NCBI GenBank assembly: GCA_963758105.1
Contig: CAVWUC010000002.1
Coordinates: 948,167-1,012,166, forward strand
Reading direction: 5' to 3'
Length of the DNA stretch: 64,000 nt
From: an uncultured Acidobacteriaceae bacterium
GTDB lineage: Bacteria; Acidobacteriota; Terriglobia; Terriglobales; Acidobacteriaceae
Shown: positions 51,067 through 62,719 of the stretch, in pieces
Layout of the letters: each line of letters starts with the position of its first letter
How positions within the stretch are numbered: the stretch's first letter is position 1
Translations under genes and position numbers: made by a program
The notes under the pieces: model-generated
The model's database searches: none
Told to the model about the DNA's origin: nothing
The model's input: the letters and a program-made list of their open reading frames with translations, nothing else

Positions 51067-53073
51067 ATGACACCGGATCAGAACTCTGCGTACCGCCCGC
51101 AGCAATGCCCCTCAAAACGGACCGTCTGGACGCTCTTTGTCGTGCTCTTTACGGCCGTTTATTTCGCATCCCTGTTCACGCCTCCGCTGATGGACGACGT
51201 GGACGCCGCGCACGCCGAGGCCGCCCAGCACTTCGCCGAGAGCAGCGACTGGGTGACGGCCAGGATCGACGGGATCCGCTATATAGAGAAGCCGCCGCTG
51301 CCCTACTGGATCGTGGCTGTCTCCTACAAAATCTTCGGCCAGAACACCTTCGCCACCCACCTGCCCAACGCGCTGGCCATGCTCGGCCTCACCTGGCTCT
51401 CCTGGCTGTGGGCTGGCCGCGCCTGGGGCGAGCGCGCCGGATTCTACGCCGGCCTCGGTGTCCTGACCTCGGTGGGGCCATTTTTGTTTACGCGGTTCAT
51501 CATTCCCGAGGTGGAGCTGAGCCTGTTTCTGCTCATCGCCCTCTACGGGCTCATCACCGGCCTCGAATCCAACCGCCCGTCGCGTTTCTACTGGTCGGCG
51601 GTCTGCGTGGCGCTGGCCACGCTGACCAAGGGGCTGATTGCTCCGGTGTTCTTCTTCGGCGCGGCGATTCCCTACCTGATGCTCACCGGCCAGTGGCGCC
51701 GCTGGCGACAGCTCCGTCTGGTCAGCGGCACACTGGTTTATCTGGCGGTCGCCGCGCCCTGGCACATACTCTGCGGCCTCGCCAATCCCGACCAGGGACA
51801 CCCGGTGGGCAACCACCCCACCATGGGCAACGTCCACGGGTTCTTCTACTTCTACTTCATCAACGAGCATCTGCTGCGCTTCTTCTCGCGGCGCTACCCG
51901 CACGACTACAACAAGATGCCCGCCGCGTGGTATTGGCTGGCCCACCTGGTTTGGCTTTTCCCCTGGAGCCTCTTCCTGCCCGCTGTGATCGCCGTGGCCT
52001 GGAAGACGCACCGCGTCTGGATGCAGCACCTGCACCGTGAAGCCGGCCAGACCGTCGACTTCTACCTGGACAACGCCACCCGCACCGATGTGGCCAGCTA
52101 CGTCTTCCAGCGGAAGTTCCGGGTCCGCACAGCCTGGCTGCTGGCGATCTTCTCGGCGTGGACGCTGCTGTTCTTCTCCATCTCCTCCAACCAGGAGTAC
52201 TACACCTTCCCTGTCTGGCCGCCGCTGTTCATTCTCATCGCCGCGGTTCTGGCCGGGATTGAGGAGCAGCGCCCGCCGCAGGGCGCGCCGCCGGGCAGCA
52301 AGCCGCTGCTCACCACCGCCTGGCTCACCGCCGCCCACGCGGTCTTCGCCGTCATCGGCCTGCTGTCGGCCGTCGCCCTCGGCTGGGGCCTCTGGACCTC
52401 GCGCCATCTGCCTTACGTCTCGGACATCGGCGCCCTGCTGGCCCACCGCGCCGTGGGCGGCTACACCCTCTCCATGTCGCACCTTTTCGACCTCACCGGA
52501 CCCTCGTTTGCCGCGCTGCGCCTGCCCTCGGTGCTGGCCGGCATCACCCTGCTCATCGGCCCCGTCGTCGGCTGGCTGCTGCGGCTCAAAAAGAAGCACC
52601 TGGCCTCGACCGTCAGCGTGGCCCTCACCATGGCGGTCTTTCTCATCGCCGCGCACATCGCCTTCGCCCGCTTCGAGCCCATGCTCAGCTCCAAGCAGTT
52701 AGCCGACGCGATCATCGAGGACGGCTCGCCCAGCGACACTTTCATAATCTTTGGCGACCAGTCTGACGCGTCCTCCGTCATCTTCTACACCCACAAATTC
52801 CTTGAGGGCCGGCTGACCCTGATGGTTGAGCCGCCCTGCGGCCAGCACGGCGAGGGCTCGACCCTCCTCTGGGGCTCCTGCTACCCCGATGCTCCCAAGG
52901 TCGACATCAGCGAGGACGAGCTCTCTAAAATGTGGGGAACCGGCAACCGCAAGTGGCTCTTCGCCCAGGACAAGAACCAGGACCGCGCCGAGCAGCTCCT
53001 TGCCGGCCGCCTCTTCCCGGTCAAAACCATCGCCGATAAGCAGCTCTGGACAGACCGCCCGCTGACAAAGTAA
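51067..53073 (+). CDS. ArnT/PMT-like glycosyltransferase (GT39/GT83-type, polytopic)
   Basis: LMDDVDAAHAEAAQHF...YIEKPPLPYWIVAVSYKIFGQNTFATHLPNAL, more than 10 predicted TM helices, and a C-terminal soluble domain. Confidence 0.85.
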   Translation: MTPDQNSAYRPQQCPSKRTVWTLFVVLFTAVYFASLFTPPLMDDVDAAHAEAAQHFAESSDWVTARIDGIRYIEKPPLPYWIVAVSYKIFGQNTFATHLPNALAMLGLTWLSWLWAGRAWGERAGFYAGLGVLTSVGPFLFTRFIIPEVELSLFLLIALYGLITGLESNRPSRFYWSAVCVALATLTKGLIAPVFFFGAAIPYLMLTGQWRRWRQLRLVSGTLVYLAVAAPWHILCGLANPDQGHPVGNHPTMGNVHGFFYFYFINEHLLRFFSRRYPHDYNKMPAAWYWLAHLVWLFPWSLFLPAVIAVAWKTHRVWMQHLHREAGQTVDFYLDNATRTDVASYVFQRKFRVRTAWLLAIFSAWTLLFFSISSNQEYYTFPVWPPLFILIAAVLAGIEEQRPPQGAPPGSKPLLTTAWLTAAHAVFAVIGLLSAVALGWGLWTSRHLPYVSDIGALLAHRAVGGYTLSMSHLFDLTGPSFAALRLPSVLAGITLLIGPVVGWLLRLKKKHLASTVSVALTMAVFLIAAHIAFARFEPMLSSKQLADAIIEDGSPSDTFIIFGDQSDASSVIFYTHKFLEGRLTLMVEPPCGQHGEGSTLLWGSCYPDAPKVDISEDELSKMWGTGNRKWLFAQDKNQDRAEQLLAGRLFPVKTIADKQLWTDRPLTK

Positions 53074-53200
53074 CGCCTTTCAACGCTGCGAGGCAACGCG
53101 CGGCTTTTGCACGGTTCACGTAAGCCATTGAGAGGCTGCCAACTCCGATCCGTTCATTTTCGTGGGATTGTTGCAGGTATCCTTATTGTTCGAACGGCAT

Positions 53201-54061
53201 TCAGCGATCCATTGGCATGTCACGAAAAGAAATGATGCCAGGCATGTCGCTGGAGTGCCACAAACGGCCGCCGAAGACGACCAGGGCCGTGGCGATCCCG
53301 ATGAGAACCCAGTCGACCGGATGGATTCCCGCTTTCGAAACACTGTTGAACCACATATGCTGCAGGATGCCGGCCAGCAGAACGCTGCCGCGCGTGTGAA
53401 TGAAGAGAAGGGTCATAAGGACCGAAAAGCCGACGACCACGAAGAAGAATTCACCGAACTGGAATTTAGATTGCGACAGGCCGGACATGAAAAAAGCTGG
53501 CAGGTGCCACAGAGCCCAAACTGCTCCCAGCGTTAGCGCTGCCCACCGCGCATCCATGATGGCCAGCAGCCTCGGCAACGCAAATCCCCGCCATCCAAGC
53601 TCTTCTCCCAATGGCCCCGCATCCCGAAATACAAAACCGGATGCGATCACCAACGGAAGCGCCGAATACCAGTTGCTGTATGGCACGGACGACAATCCGC
53701 GCCCGGTCGCCAGCGCCTCAATCATGGCGACGATGAGCCATAACAGCGGATAGCCCACCAGCCCCAAAAGTATCCACCGCCAATGACCAGCCACGCGGAC
53801 AACGGAAGCGCCCAGACGACGAAGCGCCGGCCATCCGCCGAGGAGCAGTGTCAATACGATAGAGGTAAGACTGGGCGCGTAGACCGCCGCAAAAAAGACG
53901 GCCGAGCCGGTCTTCATGGTGCCGAAGACAGCGGTCGCAGCCCTCGGCGCCAAAAGATACGCGCCGCAGATTGTCCAAGTGATCGCGTACACAAGCGCAA
54001 AAAAGAGGAGCACCTCGGCAGCCGCCGAATATTTCAGTCCCTGCGTTCCGTGAGCTTTCAC
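53201..54061 (-). CDS. CPBP (CAAX/Abi) family intramembrane glutamic protease
   Basis: Motifs GEELGWRGFALPRL (EExxxR), LWHLPAF (FxxxH-type) and LQHMWFN (HxxxN), with multiple TM helices. The start is uncertain: GTG 54061 is chosen because the ORF-track start overlaps the upstream gene. Confidence 0.75.
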   Translation of the reverse strand: MKAHGTQGLKYSAAAEVLLFFALVYAITWTICGAYLLAPRAATAVFGTMKTGSAVFFAAVYAPSLTSIVLTLLLGGWPALRRLGASVVRVAGHWRWILLGLVGYPLLWLIVAMIEALATGRGLSSVPYSNWYSALPLVIASGFVFRDAGPLGEELGWRGFALPRLLAIMDARWAALTLGAVWALWHLPAFFMSGLSQSKFQFGEFFFVVVGFSVLMTLLFIHTRGSVLLAGILQHMWFNSVSKAGIHPVDWVLIGIATALVVFGGRLWHSSDMPGIISFRDMPMDR

Positions 54062-54128
54062 CTGACCGCCGATGCCCTTCTTTTGCCTTCCTCTAACTAG
54101 ACACCCTACTAACTCTAAAAACAGGATG

Positions 54129-54386
54129 CTATATATCCAGCTGAGTAAAAAGCTCTTCGGCAGAGTTGAATTTCTTTCCTTCGCCGCGTTCCGCTTCCTT
54201 GATAGCCTCGACGGTATCCGCATTGGGGGCATGCAGTTCAAACGGGAGCTTCTTCTCGGCCGCCACTTTCACCAGCAAGAGCCGGAAAGCGTCGGAAACG
54301 GTCAGCCCCATCGATTCAAGGACGGCAGCAGCACGCACCTTCACTCCCTCGTCAATGCGAGCCCGAACAACAGCATTCGTGGGCAT
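54129..54386 (-). CDS. RelB/DinJ-family antitoxin-like ribbon-helix-helix protein (no cognate toxin adjacent)
   Basis: MPTNAVVRARIDEGVKVRAAAVLESMGLTVSDAFRLLLVKVAAEKKLPFEL closely follows the DinJ N-terminal pattern. GGAGGGGAGG SD. Confidence 0.8.
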   Translation of the reverse strand: MPTNAVVRARIDEGVKVRAAAVLESMGLTVSDAFRLLLVKVAAEKKLPFELHAPNADTVEAIKEAERGEGKKFNSAEELFTQLDI

Positions 54387-54435
54387 GATCCTCCCCTCCT
54401 TTGAGCTACATTGTGGCCCAAACTGCTCATCTTCG

Positions 54436-55611
54436 CTACTTCGCCGCCCGCATCCTGCCCCCCGGCAGCAGCTCGAACACCCGCCCGCGCCACAGTACGC
54501 GCCGGCTCAGGTAGCTGGCCGCCCAGAAGCCGAAGCCCATCAGGTCGCGCAGCGGATAGAGGACCAGCAGGCCGAACCAGCTCCGATCGCCGACCACCAT
54601 TCGCCCTACCGCGGCAGCCAGCGCCCAGCGCGTGGCCAGGCTCCAGCCAAAGAGCGCCAGGCCCCAGCACGGATGGCCGAGCAGCCACGCCGCCAGCCAA
54701 GCCAGCAGGCCGAACGGCAAGCTGAAGGTAAGCGCCGTGCCCAGGTGCCCCTTGGGCCGCGAGAAGCGCGTCGACTTCATCCACCGCACCTGGTGCCTGA
54801 GCGAGGCCGTGAAGCTGGAGTTCAGCACCATGTGGTCGATAGGATGATGGCTCAGCACGACTGCCTGGCCCAGCTTGTGGATCTCGTGGCCAAGGACAAA
54901 ATCATCGGCGCAGTAATCGGCGGCGATGCGGAAGCCGCCCATGCGGCGGATGGTCTCCCGGCGGAAGGCCATGGTCGGCCCCAGCACAAACTGCATCCCC
55001 TCGACGGCTCGCGCCACCAGCACCCCGGCGGTCATCTCCACGCTCATGCCCACCGCTTCCAGCCGCGCCCACAGGCCGCCTTCGGCCGCCACGCCGCGAT
55101 AGGGGCAGCACATCGCGCCCACCTGCGCATCCGCAAAGGGCAGCGCGACGGCGCGCAGATAAACCGGCGTCACGCGCACATCGCTGTCGCTGATCACCAG
55201 AATCTCGTGTGCCGCGGCGGCTTCCATCTTTTCCAGCGAGGCCACCTTGGCGTTGATGTAGTCGGGCTCGCCGGTCGAGAAAAATCGCGCCGGAATCCGC
55301 GGATAACGCGCCGCAACCTGCCGCGCAACGCGCAGGCCGGCATCGTCGTCGCTCCGCGCGCAGAAGAGAATCTCGTACTCCGGGTAATCCTGCTCGAAAA
55401 AGCTGGCCAGGTGCGCCGCCAGGCCGGGTTCGTCGCCGTGCAAGGGCTTCAACAGCGTAAGCGGCGGCGTATATCCCGGCCGCTCCGCAAGGCGCGCCAG
55501 CGCCGGCCGGCGCTGACGCAGATAGGCCGGCACTGCCGCCAGCGCCATGCCGGCGAAGACCGTCGAAGTGATCAGGCCGAAGACGGCCAATCCAAGGAGA
55601 GCGTGCAACAT
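54436..55611 (-). CDS. GT2/GT21-type glycosyltransferase (ceramide-glucosyltransferase / HpnI-like)
   Basis: LTLLKPLHGDEPGL, ILFCARSDDDAG, ISDSDVRV, and RHQVRW ((Q/R)xxRW-like motif), with TM helices at both ends. Confidence 0.8.
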   Translation of the reverse strand: MLHALLGLAVFGLITSTVFAGMALAAVPAYLRQRRPALARLAERPGYTPPLTLLKPLHGDEPGLAAHLASFFEQDYPEYEILFCARSDDDAGLRVARQVAARYPRIPARFFSTGEPDYINAKVASLEKMEAAAAHEILVISDSDVRVTPVYLRAVALPFADAQVGAMCCPYRGVAAEGGLWARLEAVGMSVEMTAGVLVARAVEGMQFVLGPTMAFRRETIRRMGGFRIAADYCADDFVLGHEIHKLGQAVVLSHHPIDHMVLNSSFTASLRHQVRWMKSTRFSRPKGHLGTALTFSLPFGLLAWLAAWLLGHPCWGLALFGWSLATRWALAAAVGRMVVGDRSWFGLLVLYPLRDLMGFGFWAASYLSRRVLWRGRVFELLPGGRMRAAK

Positions 55612-55765
55612 ACAGGATTCAGCATACCTGCAAGCGGAAAAGGACAGAACAGGGATTCACGGCAAGGCGGCAAAAGCCGGCGCATGAAATCACGCCGGAA
55701 AAGAGGCTGTCGGTGAAGGAGAAATGGCCGAAGCGGCCGCGCAGCCCGACTCAGCGGCCACGGAA

Positions 55766-56167
55766 CTACGGCTTTTTCACGGCTACGGGCTTGACCGCCG
55801 CCGGCCGGCGCAGCGGCACAATGGCCGCGCCGCCCGCCGGAGCCGCCTGCTGGAACCGCTCCAGCATCTCCGTCCGCACGTACTCCACAAAGCTCTGCAT
55901 CTGCCGGTTCATCTCCTCCATCCGCTCGCGCATCTGCAGGATGATGGCGATTCCGGCGATGTTCACGCCCAGGTCCCGCGCCAGGTTCAGGATGAACTCC
56001 AGCCGCTCCAGGTCCTCGTCGGTATAGAGCCGCGTGTTGCCCTCGGTGCGCGACGGCTTCAGCAGCCCCTCGCGCTCGTAGAGCCGCAGCGTCTGCGGAT
56101 GAATCTCATACATCTCGGCCACCGCCGAGATCATGTACGCGCCTTTTGTCTTGCGTTTTGCGGTCAT
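55766..56167 (-). CDS. hspR: MerR-family heat-shock repressor HspR
   Basis: YMISAVAEMYEIHPQTLRLYEREGLLKPSRTEGNTRLYTDEDLERLEFILNL is a MerR-type HTH. It is the last gene of a dnaK-dnaJ-hspR arrangement. Confidence 0.88.
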   Translation of the reverse strand: MTAKRKTKGAYMISAVAEMYEIHPQTLRLYEREGLLKPSRTEGNTRLYTDEDLERLEFILNLARDLGVNIAGIAIILQMRERMEEMNRQMQSFVEYVRTEMLERFQQAAPAGGAAIVPLRRPAAVKPVAVKKP

Positions 56168-56253
56168 GACGTTCCCCGAATCAGATTGCCTAACTCATCC
56201 CATCTACCCGTCCCAGCTATCCGGCCCCGCATGCTTCGCGCGCCGGCCCACGC

Positions 56254-57438
56254 TCAGACCTTGTCAAACAGTGCCGCGCGCGGGTCCTGCGGATTCAGCC
56301 GCCCCAGCTCGCGCATGATCTCCCGGCTGCGCTCATCGTTGAGGTGCGGCACCATCACATTCACGGTAACGATCTGGTCGCCGCGCTGGCCGGCGCGCTG
56401 CGCGCTCTCCACGCCGCGCTCGCGCATGCGCAGTTTCTGCCCGCTCTGCGTGCCCGGCGGAATCTTCAGTTGCGCGCGCCCGTCGATCGTGGGCACGTCC
56501 ACCTTGGCGCCCAGAGCTGCCTCGGCCACGGTGATGGGCACGCTGAGCTGGATATCGTCGCCCACCCGCGTGAACACCGGGTGCGCGCCCGTGCGCACGA
56601 TCAGAAACAGGTCGCCGGCCGGCCCGCCGTTCAACCCCGCGTTGCCCTTGCCCTGCAGCCGGATGCGCTGCCCGTCGCGCGTCCCCGGCTTGATGCGGAA
56701 CTCCACAGCCTCCGAGCGCGCCACCGCCCCCTCGCCATGGCAGGTGGGGCAGGCGTTGGAGATGTGTCCCGTCCCGTTGCAGCGCGGGCAGGGGATGTTG
56801 AACTTCATCCGCCCGCCCATCTGCGTCACCTGCCCGCTGCCGTTGCACTCCGGGCAGACCGTGGTGCCGCCGGTGTGCGCCTGGCCGTGGCAGGTGGGGC
56901 AGGTCTCCTGGCGGTTGACCTGGATGCGCGCCTGGCCGCCGCGGATCGCCGTCCAGAAGTCCACCGTGGCCTGGTACTCCAGGTCAGTGCCCGGCTGCGG
57001 CCCGCGCGGCTGCTGCGGGTGCTGGCTGCTGGAGAAGATTCCGGAGAAGATGTCCTTGAAGCTGCCCCACGATGACTGACCCGCGCCCGCCTGTGCGCCC
57101 GCGCCCCCGCTGAAGCCGGAAAAGTCGAAGCCGCCGAAGTCCACCGGCGGCCGGCCGCCCGTGCTCTGCTGGCGCGCGTAGGCCTCGGCCTGCGCCGGGT
57201 CGATCTGGTCGGAGTAGAAGCCCAGCTGGTCATACACCTTGCGCTTCTTCTCGTCGCTCAGCACGTCATTGGCCTCGGAGATCTCCTTGAACTTCTCCTC
57301 GGCCCGCTTGTCGCCCGGGTTCACATCCGGGTGATACCGCCGCGCAGCCTTGCGGAAGGCCTTGCGGATCTCCTCCGCCGTCGCCGTCTTCTTCACCCCA
57401 AGCGTCGCGTAAAAATCCTTGTTCGTCGTCGTGGGCAT
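56254..57438 (-). CDS. dnaJ: Molecular chaperone DnaJ
   Basis: J domain (DFYATLGV...YHPDVNP), G/F region, and four CxxCxGxG zinc-finger repeats. Confidence 0.97.
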   Translation of the reverse strand: MPTTTNKDFYATLGVKKTATAEEIRKAFRKAARRYHPDVNPGDKRAEEKFKEISEANDVLSDEKKRKVYDQLGFYSDQIDPAQAEAYARQQSTGGRPPVDFGGFDFSGFSGGAGAQAGAGQSSWGSFKDIFSGIFSSSQHPQQPRGPQPGTDLEYQATVDFWTAIRGGQARIQVNRQETCPTCHGQAHTGGTTVCPECNGSGQVTQMGGRMKFNIPCPRCNGTGHISNACPTCHGEGAVARSEAVEFRIKPGTRDGQRIRLQGKGNAGLNGGPAGDLFLIVRTGAHPVFTRVGDDIQLSVPITVAEAALGAKVDVPTIDGRAQLKIPPGTQSGQKLRMRERGVESAQRAGQRGDQIVTVNVMVPHLNDERSREIMRELGRLNPQDPRAALFDKV

Positions 57439-57652
57439 GTGTGCTTTCTTATCTCAGTTATCTTACCGATTCTGTTGCGTTCTCCTTGCATTGTTTTCGC
57501 CGTCTCCAAAGCTTGATTGTCGGAAGCGGCTCATCTTTGAAGTACACCTTTCGAACGAAGTAGAGTCTCATCTACGCAAAGAGGTGAGCAGCTTCCGCCA
57601 CCCACCCCGAAGTTTTTCCGCCGCAAGGCGGGGCTGCCGCACCGCAGGTGCC

Positions 57653-59605
<1,953 letters not shown>

Positions 59606-59656
59606 AGCTCCTAGTCCTGCCTGTGGGAGGATTCCCGACCTATTTAAGATGCATGA

Positions 59657-59675
59657 TTGAGTGAATTCGTGTCAA
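59657..59675 (-). promoter_or_regulatory. HAIR-like inverted repeat (candidate HspR operator) upstream of dnaK
   Basis: The dnaK sense strand reads gTTGACA-cgaattc-ACTCAAt, against the HAIR consensus CTTGAGT-N7-ACTCAAG. The right half matches 6 of 6 core bases, the left half 4 of 6, and the N7 spacing is exact. Located 52-70 nt upstream of the ATG in an AT-rich patch. Confidence 0.4.
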
Positions 59676-59955
59676 CTTTATTTGATTGAGATTCCATAAA
59701 GACTCGCTTTGCCCTCTCCTTTTCCGCTTTGTTCCGTCCTGGGCGAGCAGAAACCGCCGATCCGGCGTCGGCGTCACGGACCTCTGCGCCCATTTCCGGC
59801 AGACCTTCCCATCCGGTCGGCGCACCCCGGCAAAAAAAAGCAGGCGTCAGTAGCAAACCTCCAGCATCGAAGCGCTTAGGGCCCACTTCGGAATCCGCAG
59901 TCTCCGTCACTGGCGGCCATCCGCCTGATCATTTAACCTCTACAGTTCTTCCTTC

Positions 59956-61536
59956 ATGACGCCCCCCGCCGCCCAAGCCCGCTATCCGCTCACCCAGGGC
60001 GTAAACCCATGGCTGGTCACCGCGTCGGTCATGCTGCCCACCTTCATGGAGGTGCTGGACACCGCCATCGCCTCCGTCTGCCTGCCTTACATCGCCGGCG
60101 CGCTCTCGGCCTCCACATCTGAGGCTACCTGGGTGCTCACCAGCTACCTGGTCTCGAACGCCGTCATCCTGCCCGCCTCCAACTGGTTTGCCCGCCGCTT
60201 CGGCCGCAAGCGCTTCCTGCTCACCTGCGTCATCATTTTCACCATCGCCTCATTCTTCTGCGGCGCGGCTCCGTCGCTGGCGGTCATCCTGCTGGCCCGC
60301 GTGATCCAGGGCGCCGGCGGCGGAGCCCTCCAGCCGCTCTCGCAGTCGATCCTGCTGGAGAGCTTTCCCGTCCAGAAGCGTTCCATGGCCATGGCCGCCT
60401 ACGGCCTCGGCATCGTCCTCGCTCCCGTCCTCGGCCCCACGCTCGGCGGCTGGCTCACCGATACCTTCAGTTGGCGCTACGCCTTTTACATCAATATTCC
60501 CGTCGGCTTCCTGGCGGTCATCATGATCAGCCGCTTCGTCCACGACCCGCCCTACATCAGGCACGCCAAGGTGGGCGCTTTTGACAACATCGGCTTCGGT
60601 CTGCTCATCGTCTGGACCGGCTGCCTGCAAGTGGTGCTCGACAAGGGCCAGGAGGACGACTGGTTCGGCGCTATCTGGGTGCGCTGGGCGGTTGCGGCGC
60701 TGGCCGTCGCCCTCGTCCTCTGGATATGGCGCTCCTGGGCCAATCCCAAAGGGCTGGTCGACCTGCACGCGCTCAAAGACCGCAACCTCCGCACCGGCAT
60801 GTTCATGATCGCCCTGCTGGGCATGTGCATCTACATCACCATCGCTATCCTGCCCCTCTATTACCAGGAGGTGATGGGGTACACGGCCTTCGCCGCCGGA
60901 CTGGTGGTGGGCCCGCGCGGCATCGGCTCGTTCATCGGCTCGCCCATCATCGGCGTGCTGGGTTCGCGCTTCGACAACCGCAAGCTGCTCTGCGCCGGCT
61001 TTCTGGGCTTTGCCGTCTGCGCGTTCCTCTTCGGCAGCGTCGACCTCACCACCGGACCGTTCACCCTGCTGATCCCCATCACCCTCACCGGCTTTGCGCT
61101 CAGCTTCGTCTTCGTGCCGCTGGCCACCATGACCGTTTCCACCATCTCCAACAGCGAGATGGGCAACGCCACAGGCCTCTTCAACATGCTGCGCAACATC
61201 GGCGGATCGGTCGGCATCTCCATGGCCACCACCGCGCTCATCCGCCGCGCTGACCTGCACCAGAACAACCTCGCCTCCAACCTCGGCCCGTCCTCCTGGC
61301 AGTTGCAGCAGAAATCCGGCATGATCGCCCACTACCTCAGCCATCAGATCGGCCCGTCGTCCGCCCGTCCCGGCAGCTACGGACTCCTCTACGGCCTCAT
61401 GCAGCAGCAATCCGCCCTGCTTGCTTACATTGATGTCTTCCGCTGGACCGCTGTCCTGGCCCTCATCTGCGCCGCCGCCACCTGGCTGTTCAAAAAGCCC
61501 CCCAGCCACGCCGCTCCGCCCCCCGGCGCGCACTAA
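59956..61536 (+). CDS. MFS transporter, DHA2 (EmrB/QacA, 14-TMS) family
   Basis: LDTAIASVCLPYIAG, FGRKRFLL, LARVIQGAGGGAL, and ~14 hydrophobic segments over 526 aa. Confidence 0.9.
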   Translation: MTPPAAQARYPLTQGVNPWLVTASVMLPTFMEVLDTAIASVCLPYIAGALSASTSEATWVLTSYLVSNAVILPASNWFARRFGRKRFLLTCVIIFTIASFFCGAAPSLAVILLARVIQGAGGGALQPLSQSILLESFPVQKRSMAMAAYGLGIVLAPVLGPTLGGWLTDTFSWRYAFYINIPVGFLAVIMISRFVHDPPYIRHAKVGAFDNIGFGLLIVWTGCLQVVLDKGQEDDWFGAIWVRWAVAALAVALVLWIWRSWANPKGLVDLHALKDRNLRTGMFMIALLGMCIYITIAILPLYYQEVMGYTAFAAGLVVGPRGIGSFIGSPIIGVLGSRFDNRKLLCAGFLGFAVCAFLFGSVDLTTGPFTLLIPITLTGFALSFVFVPLATMTVSTISNSEMGNATGLFNMLRNIGGSVGISMATTALIRRADLHQNNLASNLGPSSWQLQQKSGMIAHYLSHQIGPSSARPGSYGLLYGLMQQQSALLAYIDVFRWTAVLALICAAATWLFKKPPSHAAPPPGAH

Positions 61537-61558
61537 AAATAAGTAGGGAGGCAGTCCC

Positions 61559-61990
61559 ATGAGCCGTCGCATCCAACTCCATACCTTTCAGATTGGCACG
61601 CCCGTTCGCCCCGGAGAAGGACTCCGCATCGCCGTCACCCGCCGTCCCCCGCGCGGCGTCCCCAGGGCCGACTGGAAGCGCGTGGGCTGCTTTGACGTTC
61701 GGTTTCCCGCACTGGCGCCGTCGCCCGAGCTGGTCGCGCAACTGCTCAAGGACCAGGACGAGCCAACCCGCAACAAGCTCTTCGCTAAGTACGAAAAAGA
61801 ATTGCTGGCCAACGCGGAATCCCGCCAATCTCTGGAGCTGCTTGTCGAGATTGCTGCGCGCATGCCCGTTTCCATCGGCTGCTTCTGCGCCAATGAGTCC
61901 CGCTGCCATCGGGCGAGGCTCTACCAGGTGCTGATGCGTCTCGCCGGGCAGGATGAAGAACGGAAGCCCGCGCACAGGCGGGCGGATTGA
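61559..61990 (+). CDS. DUF488-family protein
   Basis: GLRIAVTRRPPRGVPRADWKRVGCFDVRFPALAPSPELV...VSIGCFCANESRCHRARL fits the DUF488 pattern. AGGGAGG SD. Confidence 0.7.
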   Translation: MSRRIQLHTFQIGTPVRPGEGLRIAVTRRPPRGVPRADWKRVGCFDVRFPALAPSPELVAQLLKDQDEPTRNKLFAKYEKELLANAESRQSLELLVEIAARMPVSIGCFCANESRCHRARLYQVLMRLAGQDEERKPAHRRAD

Positions 61991-61999
61991 CCGTCCCCG

Positions 62000-62626
62000 C
62001 TATTCCGCAAAGGCCACAAACCGCCGTTGCTCCTCGTCGTACTCCTCAATCCGCCCGCTCAGTATGTCGTAGTACCAGCCGTGCACCGTCAGCCGATCTT
62101 CCGCCATGGCCCGCGCCACCGCCGGCTGCGCCTTCAGGTTCCACAACTGCGCCACCACGTTGCCCCGAATCAGCGCGGCCAGCGAGGCCGCCTCCGCGCT
62201 GTCGCCGTCCGCCGGGTTCAGCGGCTGGCGGTGCGCAAAGGCCGCCTGCACATGGTCCAGCCAGCGCTGGGCCTTTGGCAGCTTGGCCAGCCCGTCCGGA
62301 TTCAGCGCCGCCTTCATCGCCCCGCAGTCGGAGTGGCCGCAGACAATCGCGTTCTTCACCTTCAGCACCTCCACCGCGTATTCAATGGTGGCCGTCACCC
62401 CGTCCACGTCCTGGCTGGTCAGTGGAACAACATTGCCGATATTGCGCGTAACGAACAGATCGCCGGGACCGGTCCCGAGAAACAGGTCGGGCAGCACGCG
62501 TGAATCACAGCACGTAATGAACAGCCACTCCGGCGCCTGGCGGTCGGCCAGCAGATGAAACTCATGCCGCCGCTGCGGAAACACCTCGGCCAGAAACCGC
62601 TTATGTCCCGCAATCAATCGCTCCAT
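62000..62626 (-). CDS. Beta-class carbonic anhydrase
   Basis: ITCCDSRVLPDLF, GDLFVTRNIGNVV, VCGHSDCGAMKA. ATG 62626 follows a GGAGG SD. Confidence 0.9.
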   Translation of the reverse strand: MERLIAGHKRFLAEVFPQRRHEFHLLADRQAPEWLFITCCDSRVLPDLFLGTGPGDLFVTRNIGNVVPLTSQDVDGVTATIEYAVEVLKVKNAIVCGHSDCGAMKAALNPDGLAKLPKAQRWLDHVQAAFAHRQPLNPADGDSAEAASLAALIRGNVVAQLWNLKAQPAVARAMAEDRLTVHGWYYDILSGRIEEYDEEQRRFVAFAE

Positions 62627-62719
62627 TCGTCCCGCCTCCGCATCGGCCCAGCCCATCCGCGCTCAACCTAGCCTATCAAGGCGGGGTTTATCCTTTTTCA
62701 GAAGGTCCGAAACACCCTA

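Noticed and set aside
54062-54128. Search for a RelE/YafQ-type toxin partner of the DinJ-like gene
   Set aside because: Only 67 nt separate it from the CPBP gene, and 49 nt separate it from the upstream GT21 gene. No small ORF fits on either side.
54166-55716. 516-aa + strand ORF
   Set aside because: Antisense to the DinJ-like and GT21 genes; Arg/Gln/Ala-rich.
57439-57652. grpE or another small gene in the dnaK-dnaJ spacer
   Set aside because: No ORF of useful length, and 214 nt is too short for grpE. A GC hairpin (CCGCC-TTGC-GGCGG) after dnaK lacks a U-tract, so no terminator was called.
59640-59680. Explicit sigma-70 promoter call for dnaK
   Set aside because: A TTGACA box is present, but the best -10-like hexamer (TTAAAT) is ~22 nt away, too far for a standard promoter. 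Only the HAIR-like repeat is reported.
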